Assembly (NCBI GenBank): GCA_031550695.1
Contig: JAVBOI010000017.1
Location: 3,637-67,636, forward strand
Direction of reading: 5' to 3'
DNA length: 64,000 nt
From: Desulfovibrio sp.
Lineage (GTDB): Bacteria > Desulfobacterota > Desulfovibrionia > Desulfovibrionales > Desulfovibrionaceae
Shown: piece by piece, positions 41,551-52,938 of the stretch
Numbering within the stretch: position 1 is the first letter of the stretch
Layout of the letters: each line of letters opens with the position of its first letter
Program-made: the position numbers and the translations under genes
Notes under the pieces: generated by a model
The model's database searches: none
Seen by the model: only the letters and a program-made list of their open reading frames with translations
Told to the model about the DNA's origin: nothing

Positions 41551-42291
41551 TCATTTTTCCACCCTCATGATCAGAATGCTGCCGGGCAGCTTCAGGGCGC
41601 CGCTGATCGCGTTCCAGGTCAGGCCGACCCAGCGCAGCCCTCTCGGCAGATAGTAGGCGAATGTTTCTTTGGCTCTGAAAGGCGGGAACTCCACCCGGGC
41701 AAATCGGCGGGCAAAGGCGCGCACGGCGTCGGGGGAATTGCTGCGGTAGTGAACGCCATAGTTCTCGTAGCGCTCCGCCTCTTGCTCGCGCAGCTTTCGT
41801 ATGTACCAGTCCTTGATGTTAAGCCGTTCCATGGCCAGGGAAAAAAGCACAAAGGGATGGCGGGCGTCCACGGTAAAGCCCCAGAAGACGCCGCCCTTTT
41901 TGAGGGCCGCATACAGCCTGTCCCAGAACAGTTGCGGGTGCTCGATATGCTCCATGACCATGACGGAAAACGCGATGTCGATGGAATCGGGCGCAAGGGG
42001 CGCGTCTTCGAAAACACACTGAAATATTTGGGTAAAGTAATTTTCAAGAGGGATGTTGGTATCCGGTTCTATGCCGATGTAGCGTCCCGAGGCTTCCGCA
42101 AGCGAGCGCTGCAATTCCGGCGCGTCGTCAAAGCCCCTTCCGCAACCGATATCCAGTACGGTGGGCGACGGGCCCCGTTCTTTGCAGCCGCGAATTTCTT
42201 CAAGAATAACATCACGAAAAACAGGGGCGCGCCATGTTTCTTTTGCATAGCGCTCAATAAAAGGCTGCCAGCGGTCGTGGTGGACAGTCAT
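41551..42291 (-). CDS. Class I SAM-dependent methyltransferase
   Basis: VLDIGCGRG, DIAFSVMVMEHI, LKKGGVF; GGAG RBS. Confidence 0.85.
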   Translation of the reverse strand: MTVHHDRWQPFIERYAKETWRAPVFRDVILEEIRGCKERGPSPTVLDIGCGRGFDDAPELQRSLAEASGRYIGIEPDTNIPLENYFTQIFQCVFEDAPLAPDSIDIAFSVMVMEHIEHPQLFWDRLYAALKKGGVFWGFTVDARHPFVLFSLAMERLNIKDWYIRKLREQEAERYENYGVHYRSNSPDAVRAFARRFARVEFPPFRAKETFAYYLPRGLRWVGLTWNAISGALKLPGSILIMRVEK

Positions 42292-42593
42292 GATGACTCC
42301 TTGCCGGCTGTTTTTGAAAAAAGGATAAACCAGGAATTACGCTTTAAAAAAATAGTGCCGCAGTGCGCTTACGGCATGTGTAAGAGCTTGCTCAATAGAG
42401 CAACAGTACTCAATGCCGCGCCGGCAAACAAGTAAAATGTGAAGCCGGCCAATGGGATGAGCCGTCGGCAGGCCGGGCATTGATCGGCAACGCCGGCGTC
42501 TGGCAACACCGGCCATTTGGACGCGAAAAACGGCCGGGGGATTGCTTCCCCCAGCCGTCGCGGTGACCTGGAACGCGCGGTCCGGAGCGGACC

Positions 42594-43400
42594 TTACGGC
42601 TTTTTGGCGGGACCGGCCTCTGCCGAAGCCGCGGGTTGCGGGTCCGTGTTCGGCGCGGCCCGGTGGGCGATGCGCGACATGCGCGGCAGAATGAGAAAGG
42701 TGTGGACAAGCCCGGAAAGAATGTAGCCGAACAGGACGAGCGGTCCGAACACCTTGGGGCTGGCCACGATCAGGGCGAACAGGGCGACAACCAGAACCAG
42801 GTTCCGGAAGGGATGGGCCTTGAAGGCGCCCAGTTCCTTGAAGGCGGCGTAGCGGATGTGGCTGACCATGAGAAAGGCGATGCAGGCAGTGCAGATCAGG
42901 AAAACAAGGGGCAGGCCGCCCTGAACGAACTGGGGCAGGGCGGGAACGAACAGGATCAGGCAGGCCAGGGTGCAGCCGCCGGCCGGTATGGGCAGGCCGG
43001 TAAAAAAGCGCTTGTCGGTGGTGGGCATGGCAGCGGCCACGTTGAACCGGGCCAGGCGCAGGGCGCCGCAGACCGCGAACAAAAAGGCCACGGCCAGGCC
43101 CAGCCGGTTGTAGGTGTGCAGGCAGTATTTGAACATCATGAAGGCCGGGGTGACGCCGAACGCCACCAGATCGGCCAGGGAATCGTACTGCACGCCGAAC
43201 TCGCTGGCCGTGTTGGTCAACCGGGCCACCCGGCCGTCCAGCCCGTCCATGAGGGCGCTGAACAGTATGGCCAGGGCGCAGTCCTCATAGCGGCCGGCCG
43301 CGGCCCAGATCAGCCCGACAAAGCCGGCCAGCATGCTGGCGGTGGTGAAAAGGTTGGGCAGAATATAGAAGCTCTTGTGTCTCGGGACAGGTTTGTCCAT
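42594..43400 (-). CDS. pssA: CDP-diacylglycerol--serine O-phosphatidyltransferase
   Basis: LPNLFT, DGLDGRVAR...FGVQYDSLAD, LRLARFN. Confidence 0.93.
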   Translation of the reverse strand: MDKPVPRHKSFYILPNLFTTASMLAGFVGLIWAAAGRYEDCALAILFSALMDGLDGRVARLTNTASEFGVQYDSLADLVAFGVTPAFMMFKYCLHTYNRLGLAVAFLFAVCGALRLARFNVAAAMPTTDKRFFTGLPIPAGGCTLACLILFVPALPQFVQGGLPLVFLICTACIAFLMVSHIRYAAFKELGAFKAHPFRNLVLVVALFALIVASPKVFGPLVLFGYILSGLVHTFLILPRMSRIAHRAAPNTDPQPAASAEAGPAKKP

Positions 43401-43516
43401 GAGCTGATTCTCCGGTTTGTCGATGAGGCGGTTCGTGCGCGCGACGTCTCTTATGCGAGAGCCTGAGCGGGGTAAACGTTCTGTCTCCTCCGCATCCCCA
43501 AGCTACCCCCAACTCC

Positions 43517-44170
43517 TTATGCTTTTTCCACCGCCTTGACGGCCAGGACGGTCTGGCCGGCCAGGACTTTCTGCCCGATGCTCACGGCCGGGGCGTAGCC
43601 TTCGGGCAGGTAGAGGTCGACGCGGGAGCCGAATTTGATCATGCCGAAACGTTCGCCCCGGGCCAGGCCGTCGCCGGGGTCCACGCGGCAGACGATGCGC
43701 CGGGCAATGAGGCCGGCGATCTGCACCATGGTCCAGGAATCGCCGGTCGCATCCTCAAGGGCATAGGCGCAGCGTTCGTTGTCGGACGAGGCCTTGTCAA
43801 AGGCGGCGTTGATGTATTTTCCCGGATGGTAGGCGATTGCGGCCACCCGGCCGGCCACCGGGCTGCGGTTCACGTGCACGTTGAACACGTTCATGAACAC
43901 GCAGATGCACTGGCGCGGCTCATTGGTAAAGGGATCGGGCATCATGGCGATTTTGATGATTTTTCCATCAGCGGGGCTGACGGCCAGATCCTGGCCGACG
44001 GGCACGACCCGTTCCGGGTCGCGGAAAAAGTGGCAACTGAACAGGGTGAGCAGAAGAAATATCAGAGCCGGCGCCGCCCATCCGAGTATGGCGAAAACAA
44101 GGCTTGCCAGAACGCAGAGCCCGATGGCGGGGCCGCCTTCCGGGGTGATGCCGGGCGAGGGATTACGCAT
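43517..44170 (-). CDS. psd: Phosphatidylserine decarboxylase proenzyme
   Basis: [26 protein letters not shown] cleavage motif. Confidence 0.93.
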   Translation of the reverse strand: MRNPSPGITPEGGPAIGLCVLASLVFAILGWAAPALIFLLLTLFSCHFFRDPERVVPVGQDLAVSPADGKIIKIAMMPDPFTNEPRQCICVFMNVFNVHVNRSPVAGRVAAIAYHPGKYINAAFDKASSDNERCAYALEDATGDSWTMVQIAGLIARRIVCRVDPGDGLARGERFGMIKFGSRVDLYLPEGYAPAVSIGQKVLAGQTVLAVKAVEKA

Positions 44171-44274
44171 GGATTGCCCTTTACATTCATTGGGTTGAAC
44201 AGCATAGTGGCGCTGGAACGCGCTTTGGCCGCTCCACACCTATACCGCATCAATCCGTAAAGGAAAAGCCCGGA

Positions 44275-45432
44275 ATGGACTCCCTCACCCACCTTGTGGC
44301 GGGCGCGCTGACGCCGCTGGCCTTTCCGGGCGCCCCCCGGCGCGCCGCGCTGTTGGGCTTTGGCATTGCCGCCGGCGAACTGCCCGATATCGACATCTTT
44401 TTCGGGTCCACGCCGGAAGCTTTGATGGTGGTGCACCGGGGCATAACCCACGCCCTGGTCTGGCAGCCCCTGCTGGCGTTGCTTGTGGTACTGCCTTTTT
44501 ATCTCTGGATGCGTTGCAAGGCGGCTAATCCGACCGCAGCCGACGGTGATGCCCGGCCGCCTTCCGGCGCTGGCCGCTTCGGCCTCGGCAGCCTGTGCCT
44601 GGCGGCCCTGTTCGCCCTGTACACCCACATCTATCTTGACTGCATGACCACCTTCGGCACGCGGATTTTTCTGCCTTTTTCCGCTATGCGGGTGGGCTTT
44701 CCCGCCATGTTCATCGTGGATTTGCTGCTCACCCTGCCCGCCCTCGGCCTGATGATTTACGCCTGGCGGCTGCCGCCCGAATATGCGGCGGCGCCGGCCG
44801 ACTCCCTGGCCGGCGTCCGGCCGCACCGGGGCGGAGCGCCGAGCACGGGCGCGTTTGTTTCGGTCCGGGCGCGCCGCGCCGCCCGTGTCGGCCTGGCCTG
44901 GGTGCTGCTGTACCCCTTGGCCGCCCTCGGCGTGAACGCGGTGGCCACGGCCCTGTATGCCCCGTCCCTTGCGCCGGGGTGCAGCCTGCGCCTGCTGACG
45001 GAACCCTTCTCGCCCCTTGTTTGGAAGGCGGTTGTGGAAGAAGGGCGCACCTACCGCATGGGCACCCTGTTTCTGGCCTCGGCGCAAGAGCCGCGGTGGG
45101 AACGCTTTGTCCAGCCGGAACCCATGCTGTACGAAGCCTTGAAACGGCAGAACAAGATTTTTCGGCAGTTCGAGGATTTTGCCCCCCTGATGGTGCAGGC
45201 GGAGCGCCCGGCAAGCTATCTGACCCAGGCGGAGTACACGGAAAAGGTCACGGAATACGCGTTCGCCGACCTGCGCTATCTTATGTCACCGGACAGCCCG
45301 GCCCGCCTGTTCGGGCGCTCGGACCCCAATTTCATTCTGGAAGCGCGGGTGAACGACAGCGGGGCGCTGCTGGCCTACAGGTTTTTGCGGCGGGGCAAAC
45401 TGGAATCCACACCCTGGACGCTGCTGCAATAA
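44275..45432 (+). CDS. Inner-membrane metal-dependent hydrolase (YdjM/DUF457-like)
   Basis: MDSLTH, LPDID, HRGITH, HIYLDCMTTFGT. Confidence 0.85.
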   Translation: MDSLTHLVAGALTPLAFPGAPRRAALLGFGIAAGELPDIDIFFGSTPEALMVVHRGITHALVWQPLLALLVVLPFYLWMRCKAANPTAADGDARPPSGAGRFGLGSLCLAALFALYTHIYLDCMTTFGTRIFLPFSAMRVGFPAMFIVDLLLTLPALGLMIYAWRLPPEYAAAPADSLAGVRPHRGGAPSTGAFVSVRARRAARVGLAWVLLYPLAALGVNAVATALYAPSLAPGCSLRLLTEPFSPLVWKAVVEEGRTYRMGTLFLASAQEPRWERFVQPEPMLYEALKRQNKIFRQFEDFAPLMVQAERPASYLTQAEYTEKVTEYAFADLRYLMSPDSPARLFGRSDPNFILEARVNDSGALLAYRFLRRGKLESTPWTLLQ

Positions 45433-45624
45433 CATCCGCATCGCGCTATCTTTGCGCCGGGCGGAAAACGCCTGTTCCGGCGCGAATGCCCGTGGGTCGT
45501 CATAATGGCTTGCCAAAGGGGCGCAGGCGTTTCAGCGGGATCGAAGCGGCTCTAAAAAACTTGAATTTTTGTCAGAACAGGGTAGATAGATAGCTTCGGC
45601 AGGGCAAACAACGGCGCGGAAATC

Positions 45625-46413
45625 ATGGCCACAGGCGTTCTCTATTTCGATATCGGCAATACCAACACGAAGATCGGCGTCAGCGTCGGGGACGCTCTCG
45701 TCGCTTCCTATGTTCTGCCCAGCGACGAGAGGCAGACGGCCGACCAGTTTGGCCTGACCCTGTTGGAGTTGCTGCGGCATACGCAAATGGAGCCGGCTTG
45801 CGTGACCGCCTGCGTGGCCTCGTCGGTGGTGCCGGGCATGGGACTGCTTATCCGCCGCGCCTGCGAGCGCTTTTTGGGAGTCCGTACCCTGTTCGCGCCC
45901 GAGGATTTGCCCATTCCCCTGGAAAACCGGTACGCCCTGCCGCATGAGGTGGGCGCCGACCGGCTGGTGGGGGCTTACGCGGCCCGCCGTATTTTTCCCT
46001 CGGCCGCGTCCATAATTTCCGTGGATTTCGGCACGGCCACTACCTTTGACTGCGTTGAGGGCAACGCCTATCTGGGCGGTCTGATCTGCCCCGGCGTCCA
46101 GTCCTCGGCCTCGGCCCTGGCTTCCAACACGGCCAAGCTGCCGCGCATCAGCCTTGAGGTGAAAGACAAAACCCCGGCGCCGGGGCGTTCCACCGCCACC
46201 AGCCTGAATCACGGGTTTGTTTTCGGGTTCGCCGCCATGACCGAAGGGCTGACCGCCCGCCTGGCCTTGGGGATGCAGGGGCCCGTGACCGTGGTGGGGA
46301 CCGGCGGCTTTGCCGCCGCCCTGGCGGAGGTTGCCGACTGTTTTCACGCCGTTCACCCGGATCTGCTGCTTGAGGGGTTGCGTTTTCTTTACCGCGACCA
46401 TGCGTCCGGGTGA
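45625..46413 (+). CDS. coaX: Type III pantothenate kinase
   Basis: DIGNTNTK, VGADR, VDFGTATT, GGLICPG. Confidence 0.93.
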   Translation: MATGVLYFDIGNTNTKIGVSVGDALVASYVLPSDERQTADQFGLTLLELLRHTQMEPACVTACVASSVVPGMGLLIRRACERFLGVRTLFAPEDLPIPLENRYALPHEVGADRLVGAYAARRIFPSAASIISVDFGTATTFDCVEGNAYLGGLICPGVQSSASALASNTAKLPRISLEVKDKTPAPGRSTATSLNHGFVFGFAAMTEGLTARLALGMQGPVTVVGTGGFAAALAEVADCFHAVHPDLLLEGLRFLYRDHASG

Positions 46414-46464
46414 GTGGGATGACGCCGGAATGTGACGTGATTTTCTATCAGGGCTGAACCGTGA

Positions 46465-47823
<1,359 letters not shown>

Positions 47824-47829
47824 GATCCT

Positions 47830-48693
47830 ATGCGGATTATTGACGGAAAAGCAACGGCGGCCGCCATCCGCAAGGAACTGGCGGCGGAGGTGGCCGCCCT
47901 TGCCCCCACGGCCGGGCGCAAGCCCGGCCTTACGGTGATTCTGGTGGGCGATGACCTGGCTTCGCAGACATACGTGCGCAACAAGCAGCGGGCCTGCGGC
48001 GAAGTGGGCATTCAGTCGGAACTGCTGCACCTGCCGCCGGACACCTCCCAGACCCGGTTGCTGGAGCTTATCGACAGCCTGAACGAACGGCCGGACGTGG
48101 ACGGGATTCTGCTTCAGCTTCCGCTGCCCAAGGGCCTGGACAGCCGGCCCTGCCTGGAGCGCATCGCCCCTGACAAGGACGTGGACGGGTTTCACCCCAA
48201 CAACATGGGCCGGCTCGTTCTGGGGCTGCCCGCTTTGCGGCCCTGCACGCCGGCCGGGGTCATGGAACTGCTCGAGCGCTACGACCTTTCGCCCGCGGGC
48301 AAGCGGGCCGTGGTGCTCGGCCGGAGCAACATCGTGGGCAAACCCCTGTCCATCATGCTGAGCGCCCGGGGCAAATACGCCAACGCCACGGTCACGGTCT
48401 GCCATTCCGGCACCAGGGACGCCGCCGACATCTGCCGCGAGGCGGATTTTCTCTTCGCGGCCATCGGGCAGCCGGGCTTTATCCACGGCAGCATGATCAA
48501 GCCCGGCGCGGTGGTGGTTGACGTGGGCATTTCGATCACGGAAAAGGGGCTGCGCGGGGATTGCGATTTCGATTCCGTCAGCCGGGTGGCCTCGGCCATA
48601 ACGCCTGTGCCCGGCGGTGTGGGCCCAATGACGATCGCCATGCTCCTGCGCAACACGATGGAAGCGTACAAGGCGCATACCGGCAAAGCCTGA
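47830..48693 (+). CDS. folD: Bifunctional methylene-THF dehydrogenase/cyclohydrolase
   Basis: KDVDGFHP, PCTPAG, GRSNIVGKP, TPVPGGVGPMT. Confidence 0.97.
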   Translation: MRIIDGKATAAAIRKELAAEVAALAPTAGRKPGLTVILVGDDLASQTYVRNKQRACGEVGIQSELLHLPPDTSQTRLLELIDSLNERPDVDGILLQLPLPKGLDSRPCLERIAPDKDVDGFHPNNMGRLVLGLPALRPCTPAGVMELLERYDLSPAGKRAVVLGRSNIVGKPLSIMLSARGKYANATVTVCHSGTRDAADICREADFLFAAIGQPGFIHGSMIKPGAVVVDVGISITEKGLRGDCDFDSVSRVASAITPVPGGVGPMTIAMLLRNTMEAYKAHTGKA

Positions 48694-48785
48694 AGAGGCA
48701 AAAGGGGTGTGGCGCCAGCAAGCCCCAGTCGCGTCGAACGCGATCGCGAAGTTTCCATTCCGCGGCCGGATCGTAAGGAAAAAAC

Positions 48786-48814
48786 TTGACGATGCGGGAA
48801 GATGGAGATAGTGT
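48786..48814 (+). promoter_or_regulatory. Putative sigma70 promoter of tRNA-Val
   Basis: TTGACG-N17-TAGTGT. Confidence 0.5.
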
Positions 48815-48835
48815 TGCCAACTGCCTCGCACAAGT

Positions 48836-48910
48836 AGGCGCGTAGCTCAGGGGTAGAGCACTTCCTTGACACGGAAGGGGTCAGCAGTTCAAAGCTGCTC
48901 GTGCCTACCA
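48836..48910 (+). tRNA. tRNA-Val(GAC)
   Basis: Acceptor stem AGGCGCG/CGTGCCT, D-arm TAGCTCAG, anticodon arm CTTCC-TTGACAC-GGAAG, T-loop GTTCAAA, encoded CCA. Confidence 0.95.
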
Positions 48911-48921
48911 GAAACAACAGC

Positions 48922-48950
48922 AAAAGGGAGGTTCCGCCTCCCTTTTCCTT
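48922..48950 (+). terminator. Hairpin after tRNA-Val
   Basis: AAAAGGGAGG-TTCCG-CCTCCCTTTT. Confidence 0.55.
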
Positions 48951-48997
48951 TGCCGGGCGGGGCAAGCGAACCGAAAGCATATCAAGAGGATCGGCCT

Positions 48998-50944
48998 GTG
49001 AACATCTGCGTGGAAAACAATACGGTTGAAGCGCCCGAGGGCGCTGCTTGCGCCGACGCGCTCAAGCTGGCGCTGTCGGGCAAACGGTTCAAATCCTGCG
49101 TGGCCGCGCGGGCGAACGGGGAACTGCTTGATCTGGCTTCCCCCCTGCCCGATGCCGTGCGTAACGGAACCACCCCTCTTGAACCCGTCACTCTTGATTC
49201 CGACGAAGGTCTCGACCTTTTGCGCCATAGTACCGCCCACGTCATGGCCGCGGCCGTGCAGAAGCTGTTCCCCGGCACCAAAGTGACCATAGGCCCGGCC
49301 ATCGACAAGGGATTTTATTACGATTTCGATCCGCAGCGGCCTTTTTCCGTTGAGGATTTCGCGGCCATTGAAGCGGAAATGCGCGCCATCGTCGCCGCCG
49401 GCACGCCCTTTGCCCGGCGCGAGGTGAGCAAGGACGAGGCGATTCGCATTTTCGAAGGCAAGGGTGAGAATTACAAAGTTGAAATCATTCGGGAAATTCC
49501 GGCGGACGCGGTTTCATTGTATACCCTTGGCGACTTTACGGATCTGTGCCGCGGCCCGCACCTGCCGAACGCCGGCTTTGTCCGGGCCTTCAAGCTGCTT
49601 TCCGTGGCCGGGGCTTACTGGCGCGGCGACGAAAAGAACAAGATGCTTTCCCGTATCTACGGCACGGCCTTTGCCGACGAGGCGGCCCTGGCCAAGTACC
49701 TGCACCACATCGAGGAAGCCAAGCGCCGCGACCACAGAAAGCTGGGCAAGGAACTCGATCTTTTTGATTTCCATGAAGACGTCGCCCCCGGCATGGTCTT
49801 CTGGCACCCCAAGGGCATGCTGGTGCGCACCATTCTTGAGGATTTTCTGCGCAAGGAACACCTGAAGCGCGGCTACGAACTGGTGCAGGGACCGCAGCTT
49901 CTGCGCCGGGAGCTCTGGGAAAAATCCGGGCACTACGACAACTACCGCGAGAACATGTACTTCACGGAAATCGAGGGCGATGCCTACGGCGTCAAGCCCA
50001 TGAACTGCCTGGCCCACATGCTCATCTACGGCCGCCACCTGCGCAGCTACCGCGAACTGCCGGTGCGCTACGCCGAGCTTGGGGTCGTTCACCGCCACGA
50101 GATGAGCGGCGTGCTGCACGGCCTTTTGCGGGTGCGCCAGTTCACCCAGGACGACGCTCACATCATCTGCCGCCCGGACCAACTGGAGCAGGAAATCATC
50201 GGCGTTATCACCCTGGTGCGTGACCTGTTCAATCTTTTCGGCTTCAGCTACCGGCTGGGCGTGGCCACCCGCCCGGAAAAATACATCGGCACCATCGAGG
50301 CCTGGGACCGGGCCACCAAAGCCCTGACCGACGCCCTGACAAAGCTGGAAATCCCCTTTGCCATCAACGAAGGCGACGGCGCTTTCTACGGGCCGAAAAT
50401 CGATGGCCGGGTCACGGACAGCCTGGATCGCGAATGGCAGTGCTCCACCATCCAGTGCGACTTCACCCTGCCGGAGCGCTTTGATCTCGGCTATGTCGGC
50501 CAGGATGGCGAGCGGCACCGGCCGGTCATGGTGCACCGGGCCATTCTGGGCTCCCTCGAACGCTTTATCGGCATTCTGGTGGAACACTGCGCCGGCGCTT
50601 TCCCCACCTGGCTCGCGCCGGTTCAGGCCCGCGTGGTTACCGTAACGGACAAGCACGACGAATTCGCCCAAAAAGTGCGGGATATCCTGAAAGCAAAGGG
50701 CCTGCGCGTGGAAGCGGACCTGCGCAACGAAAAACTGGGCTACAAAGTTCGGGCCGCGCAGCTTGAAAAGATTCCCTATGTTCTGGTAGTAGGAGACAAA
50801 GAGCTTGAAGCGGGCGAAGTGAACGTGCGCCTGCGCGGCGGCGAAACCCTGGGCTCCATGGCCCTTGACCGGGTGGCCGATCGTATTCAGGCGGACTGTG
50901 ACGAACCCTTTAAACAAGGAGGCATGAATTATCGCTTCTCCTAA
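48998..50944 (+). CDS. thrS: Threonine--tRNA ligase
   Basis: [34 protein letters not shown] start at 48998 with GAGGA RBS. Confidence 0.97.
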   Translation: MNICVENNTVEAPEGAACADALKLALSGKRFKSCVAARANGELLDLASPLPDAVRNGTTPLEPVTLDSDEGLDLLRHSTAHVMAAAVQKLFPGTKVTIGPAIDKGFYYDFDPQRPFSVEDFAAIEAEMRAIVAAGTPFARREVSKDEAIRIFEGKGENYKVEIIREIPADAVSLYTLGDFTDLCRGPHLPNAGFVRAFKLLSVAGAYWRGDEKNKMLSRIYGTAFADEAALAKYLHHIEEAKRRDHRKLGKELDLFDFHEDVAPGMVFWHPKGMLVRTILEDFLRKEHLKRGYELVQGPQLLRRELWEKSGHYDNYRENMYFTEIEGDAYGVKPMNCLAHMLIYGRHLRSYRELPVRYAELGVVHRHEMSGVLHGLLRVRQFTQDDAHIICRPDQLEQEIIGVITLVRDLFNLFGFSYRLGVATRPEKYIGTIEAWDRATKALTDALTKLEIPFAINEGDGAFYGPKIDGRVTDSLDREWQCSTIQCDFTLPERFDLGYVGQDGERHRPVMVHRAILGSLERFIGILVEHCAGAFPTWLAPVQARVVTVTDKHDEFAQKVRDILKAKGLRVEADLRNEKLGYKVRAAQLEKIPYVLVVGDKELEAGEVNVRLRGGETLGSMALDRVADRIQADCDEPFKQGGMNYRFS

Positions 50945-51482
50945 TGTACGTCCACGTCGTAACGAGCCGCAGGACACCGTGCGGCGCAACGATCAGATTC
51001 GCGCCCGCGAGGTAAGGCTCATCGGGGCCGAAAGCGAGCAGTTGGGCATTGTGGATCGCAACGAAGCGCTGCAAATGGCGCGAGACGCCGGTCTTGATCT
51101 GGTGGAAGTGGCGGCCGCGGCCGATCCCCCTGTCTGCCGCATCATGGACTATGGCCGCTTCAAGTATGAAGCCCAGAAGAAAAAGCAGGAAGCCAAAAAG
51201 CGCCAGACCGTCATCCAGATCAAGGAAATCAAGCTCCGCCCCAAAACAGACGAGCATGATTACCAGACCAAGGTGAACCACATCAGGCGCTTCATCGAAG
51301 ACGGCGACCGCTGCAAGGTGACCATCTTCTTCCGTGGCCGGGAAATCGTCCACAAGGACCGGGGGCAGACCATGCTCGACCGGGTGGTGGAAGACACCAA
51401 GGATATCGCCAAAATGGAGCAGGAAGCCCGGGCCGAAGGCCGGACCCTGTTCATGATGCTGGCGCCGCTGCCGAAAAAATAG
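50928..51482 (+). CDS. infC: Translation initiation factor IF-3 (ATT start)
   Basis: [25 protein letters not shown]. In-frame ATT at 50928, 5 nt after GGAGG and right after an in-frame TGA. Confidence 0.93.
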   Translation: MIASPNVRPRRNEPQDTVRRNDQIRAREVRLIGAESEQLGIVDRNEALQMARDAGLDLVEVAAAADPPVCRIMDYGRFKYEAQKKKQEAKKRQTVIQIKEIKLRPKTDEHDYQTKVNHIRRFIEDGDRCKVTIFFRGREIVHKDRGQTMLDRVVEDTKDIAKMEQEARAEGRTLFMMLAPLPKK

Positions 51483-51583
51483 GCGGGGGAGCGCTCCGTC
51501 CGGGTAAACGCGTCCCTGGCGTGCCCGGCGACGGATGCGGAACTCCGGCGCAATCCGTTGGCGTCGGAATCCTGATTTATTGC

Positions 51584-51612
51584 TTGCGTCCAAAAAAAAT
51601 TTAGCGCATTAT
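51584..51612 (+). promoter_or_regulatory. Putative sigma70 promoter for rpmI-rplT
   Basis: TTGCGT-N17-CATTAT. Confidence 0.5.
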
Positions 51613-51789
51613 GCCTTTCCTTTCACGGAGAGGCACCTTGCCTTTTGTAAAGCGCAAACGCGTGACCGATACTCAGGCCCCGCGCGGGGCCAAATCGGCC
51701 GCGCCTGTTGACGGAAGAAACCGCCCGGCTCCCCGGGCGGCATTTGCGGAGGAACGTCTCCGCCATACGGCATTGTTAAGGAGTAGACC

Positions 51790-51987
51790 ATGCCCAAAAT
51801 GAAAACCAAGCGCGCCGCGGCCAAGCGTTTCGACGTTACCGGCTCGGGCAAATTTCGCCGGCGCAAGCAGAACCTGCGCCACATTCTGACCAAGAAAAAC
51901 GCCAAGCGCAAAATGCGTCTGGGACAAAGCGCCATTGTGGACAGCGCCAACGAGCGCGCGGTCCGGCGCATGCTCCCCTACGCCTAA
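51790..51987 (+). CDS. rpmI: 50S ribosomal protein L35
   Basis: MPKMKTKRAAAKRF...HILTKK. Confidence 0.97.
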   Translation: MPKMKTKRAAAKRFDVTGSGKFRRRKQNLRHILTKKNAKRKMRLGQSAIVDSANERAVRRMLPYA

Positions 51988-52113
51988 GGAAAAGACTGAT
52001 TTTTTCCGTTTGGACGTCGTTGCTCGCCCTTTTTCCGAAGGGGCGGGACGAAGAGTCCAGCCCCTTCGGAAAAAGGGCGAGCGCCTAGCCAAACGAAAAA
52101 ACTCGGCCTTTCC
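51988..52113. repeat. About 125-nt hairpin with a 23-bp perfect core
   Basis: GCTCGCCCTTTTTCCGAAGGGGC (52022-52044) pairs with 52060-52082; imperfect outer arms. Confidence 0.8.
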
Positions 52114-52265
52114 CGTGCTCGGCTCTGTTGGAGAGAGAGCACTCTGTACGAAGGGAATAGCGCATTCCCAGGCAAATGCATCAGCGGTTCTTGTAAGGAC
52201 CCGGAACAGTATATCCGCTTTGCCGGCATCCCTACGCCCCGTGAAGCGTGAACGTGGAGGTATCC

Positions 52266-52619
52266 ATGCGTGTAAAGAGAGGGATGGCAGCCCACAGGCG
52301 CCACAAAAAATATCTTGATCTCGCCAAAGGTTTCCGCGGAGGCCGCAGCAAACTCTACCGCACCGCGCGCGAGGCCGTCGAACGGTCATTGGTCTACTCC
52401 TACCGCGACCGTAAGGTCCGCAAGCGCGAATTCCGCAAGCTCTGGATCCTGCGCATCAACGCCGCCGCCCGCGAAAACGGCCTGTCTTACAGCCGCCTCA
52501 TGGACGGCCTGAAAAAAGCCGATATCGTCCTTGACCGCAAAGTGCTGGCCGATCTGGCCGTGCGCGCCAAGGAAGACTTCGCCAAGCTCGCCGAGCTCGC
52601 CAAGGCCAAGCTGGCGTAG
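52266..52619 (+). CDS. rplT: 50S ribosomal protein L20
   Basis: [21 protein letters not shown]; GGAGG RBS. Confidence 0.97.
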   Translation: MRVKRGMAAHRRHKKYLDLAKGFRGGRSKLYRTAREAVERSLVYSYRDRKVRKREFRKLWILRINAAARENGLSYSRLMDGLKKADIVLDRKVLADLAVRAKEDFAKLAELAKAKLA

Positions 52620-52634
52620 GTTGTGCTGACGCCC

Positions 52635-52724
52635 TGGGGGGAAGGGGAAGGAAACTTTTGTAAAAGTGTCCTTCCCCTTCCCCCCAGACCCCCTATCCCC
52701 TTCCTTCAAAACTTTTTAGTTGGG
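52635..52724 (+). repeat. Dispersed palindromic (REP-like) repeat
   Basis: GGGGGAAGGGGAAGGAAACTTTTG-TAAAAGTGTCCTTCCCCTTCCCCC hairpin plus AGACCCCCTATCCCCTTCCTTCAAAACTTTT; homologous to 7336..7461. Confidence 0.7.
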
Positions 52725-52857
52725 ATGCTTGAGGGAGTGGGGACTCAGAATGTTCCGCCCTCATTCAGCTCTCGAACAGCGGCTATATTCTCCTTCCGCC
52801 GAGAGCGCAGGGGTGGAACGACTTTCGCGCATCCGTGACGTCTCGTCAGGCCCGTAT

Positions 52858-52898
52858 GGGGTTTCCAAAGGGGGTCACCCCCTTTGGCCGCCGGAGGC
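52858..52898 (-). repeat. Repeat core shared with the MITE-like elements
   Basis: Minus strand GCCTCCGGCGGCCAAAGGGGGTGACCCCCTTTGGAAACCCC matches the cores within the 20846 and 28197 copies. Confidence 0.7.
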
Positions 52899-52938
52899 GT
52901 TCTTTGCTCACTCTTTCCCGTCACGCGGGGTACTGCTC

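Noticed and set aside
48866-48997. N-terminal extension of the thrS ORF
   Set aside because: Overlaps tRNA-Val; GTG 48998 has an RBS and fits ThrS length.
48911-52938. T-box or pheM-type attenuator before thrS or pheS
   Set aside because: No T-box consensus or Phe-rich leader peptide seen; the spacers are explained by a terminator and dispersed repeats.
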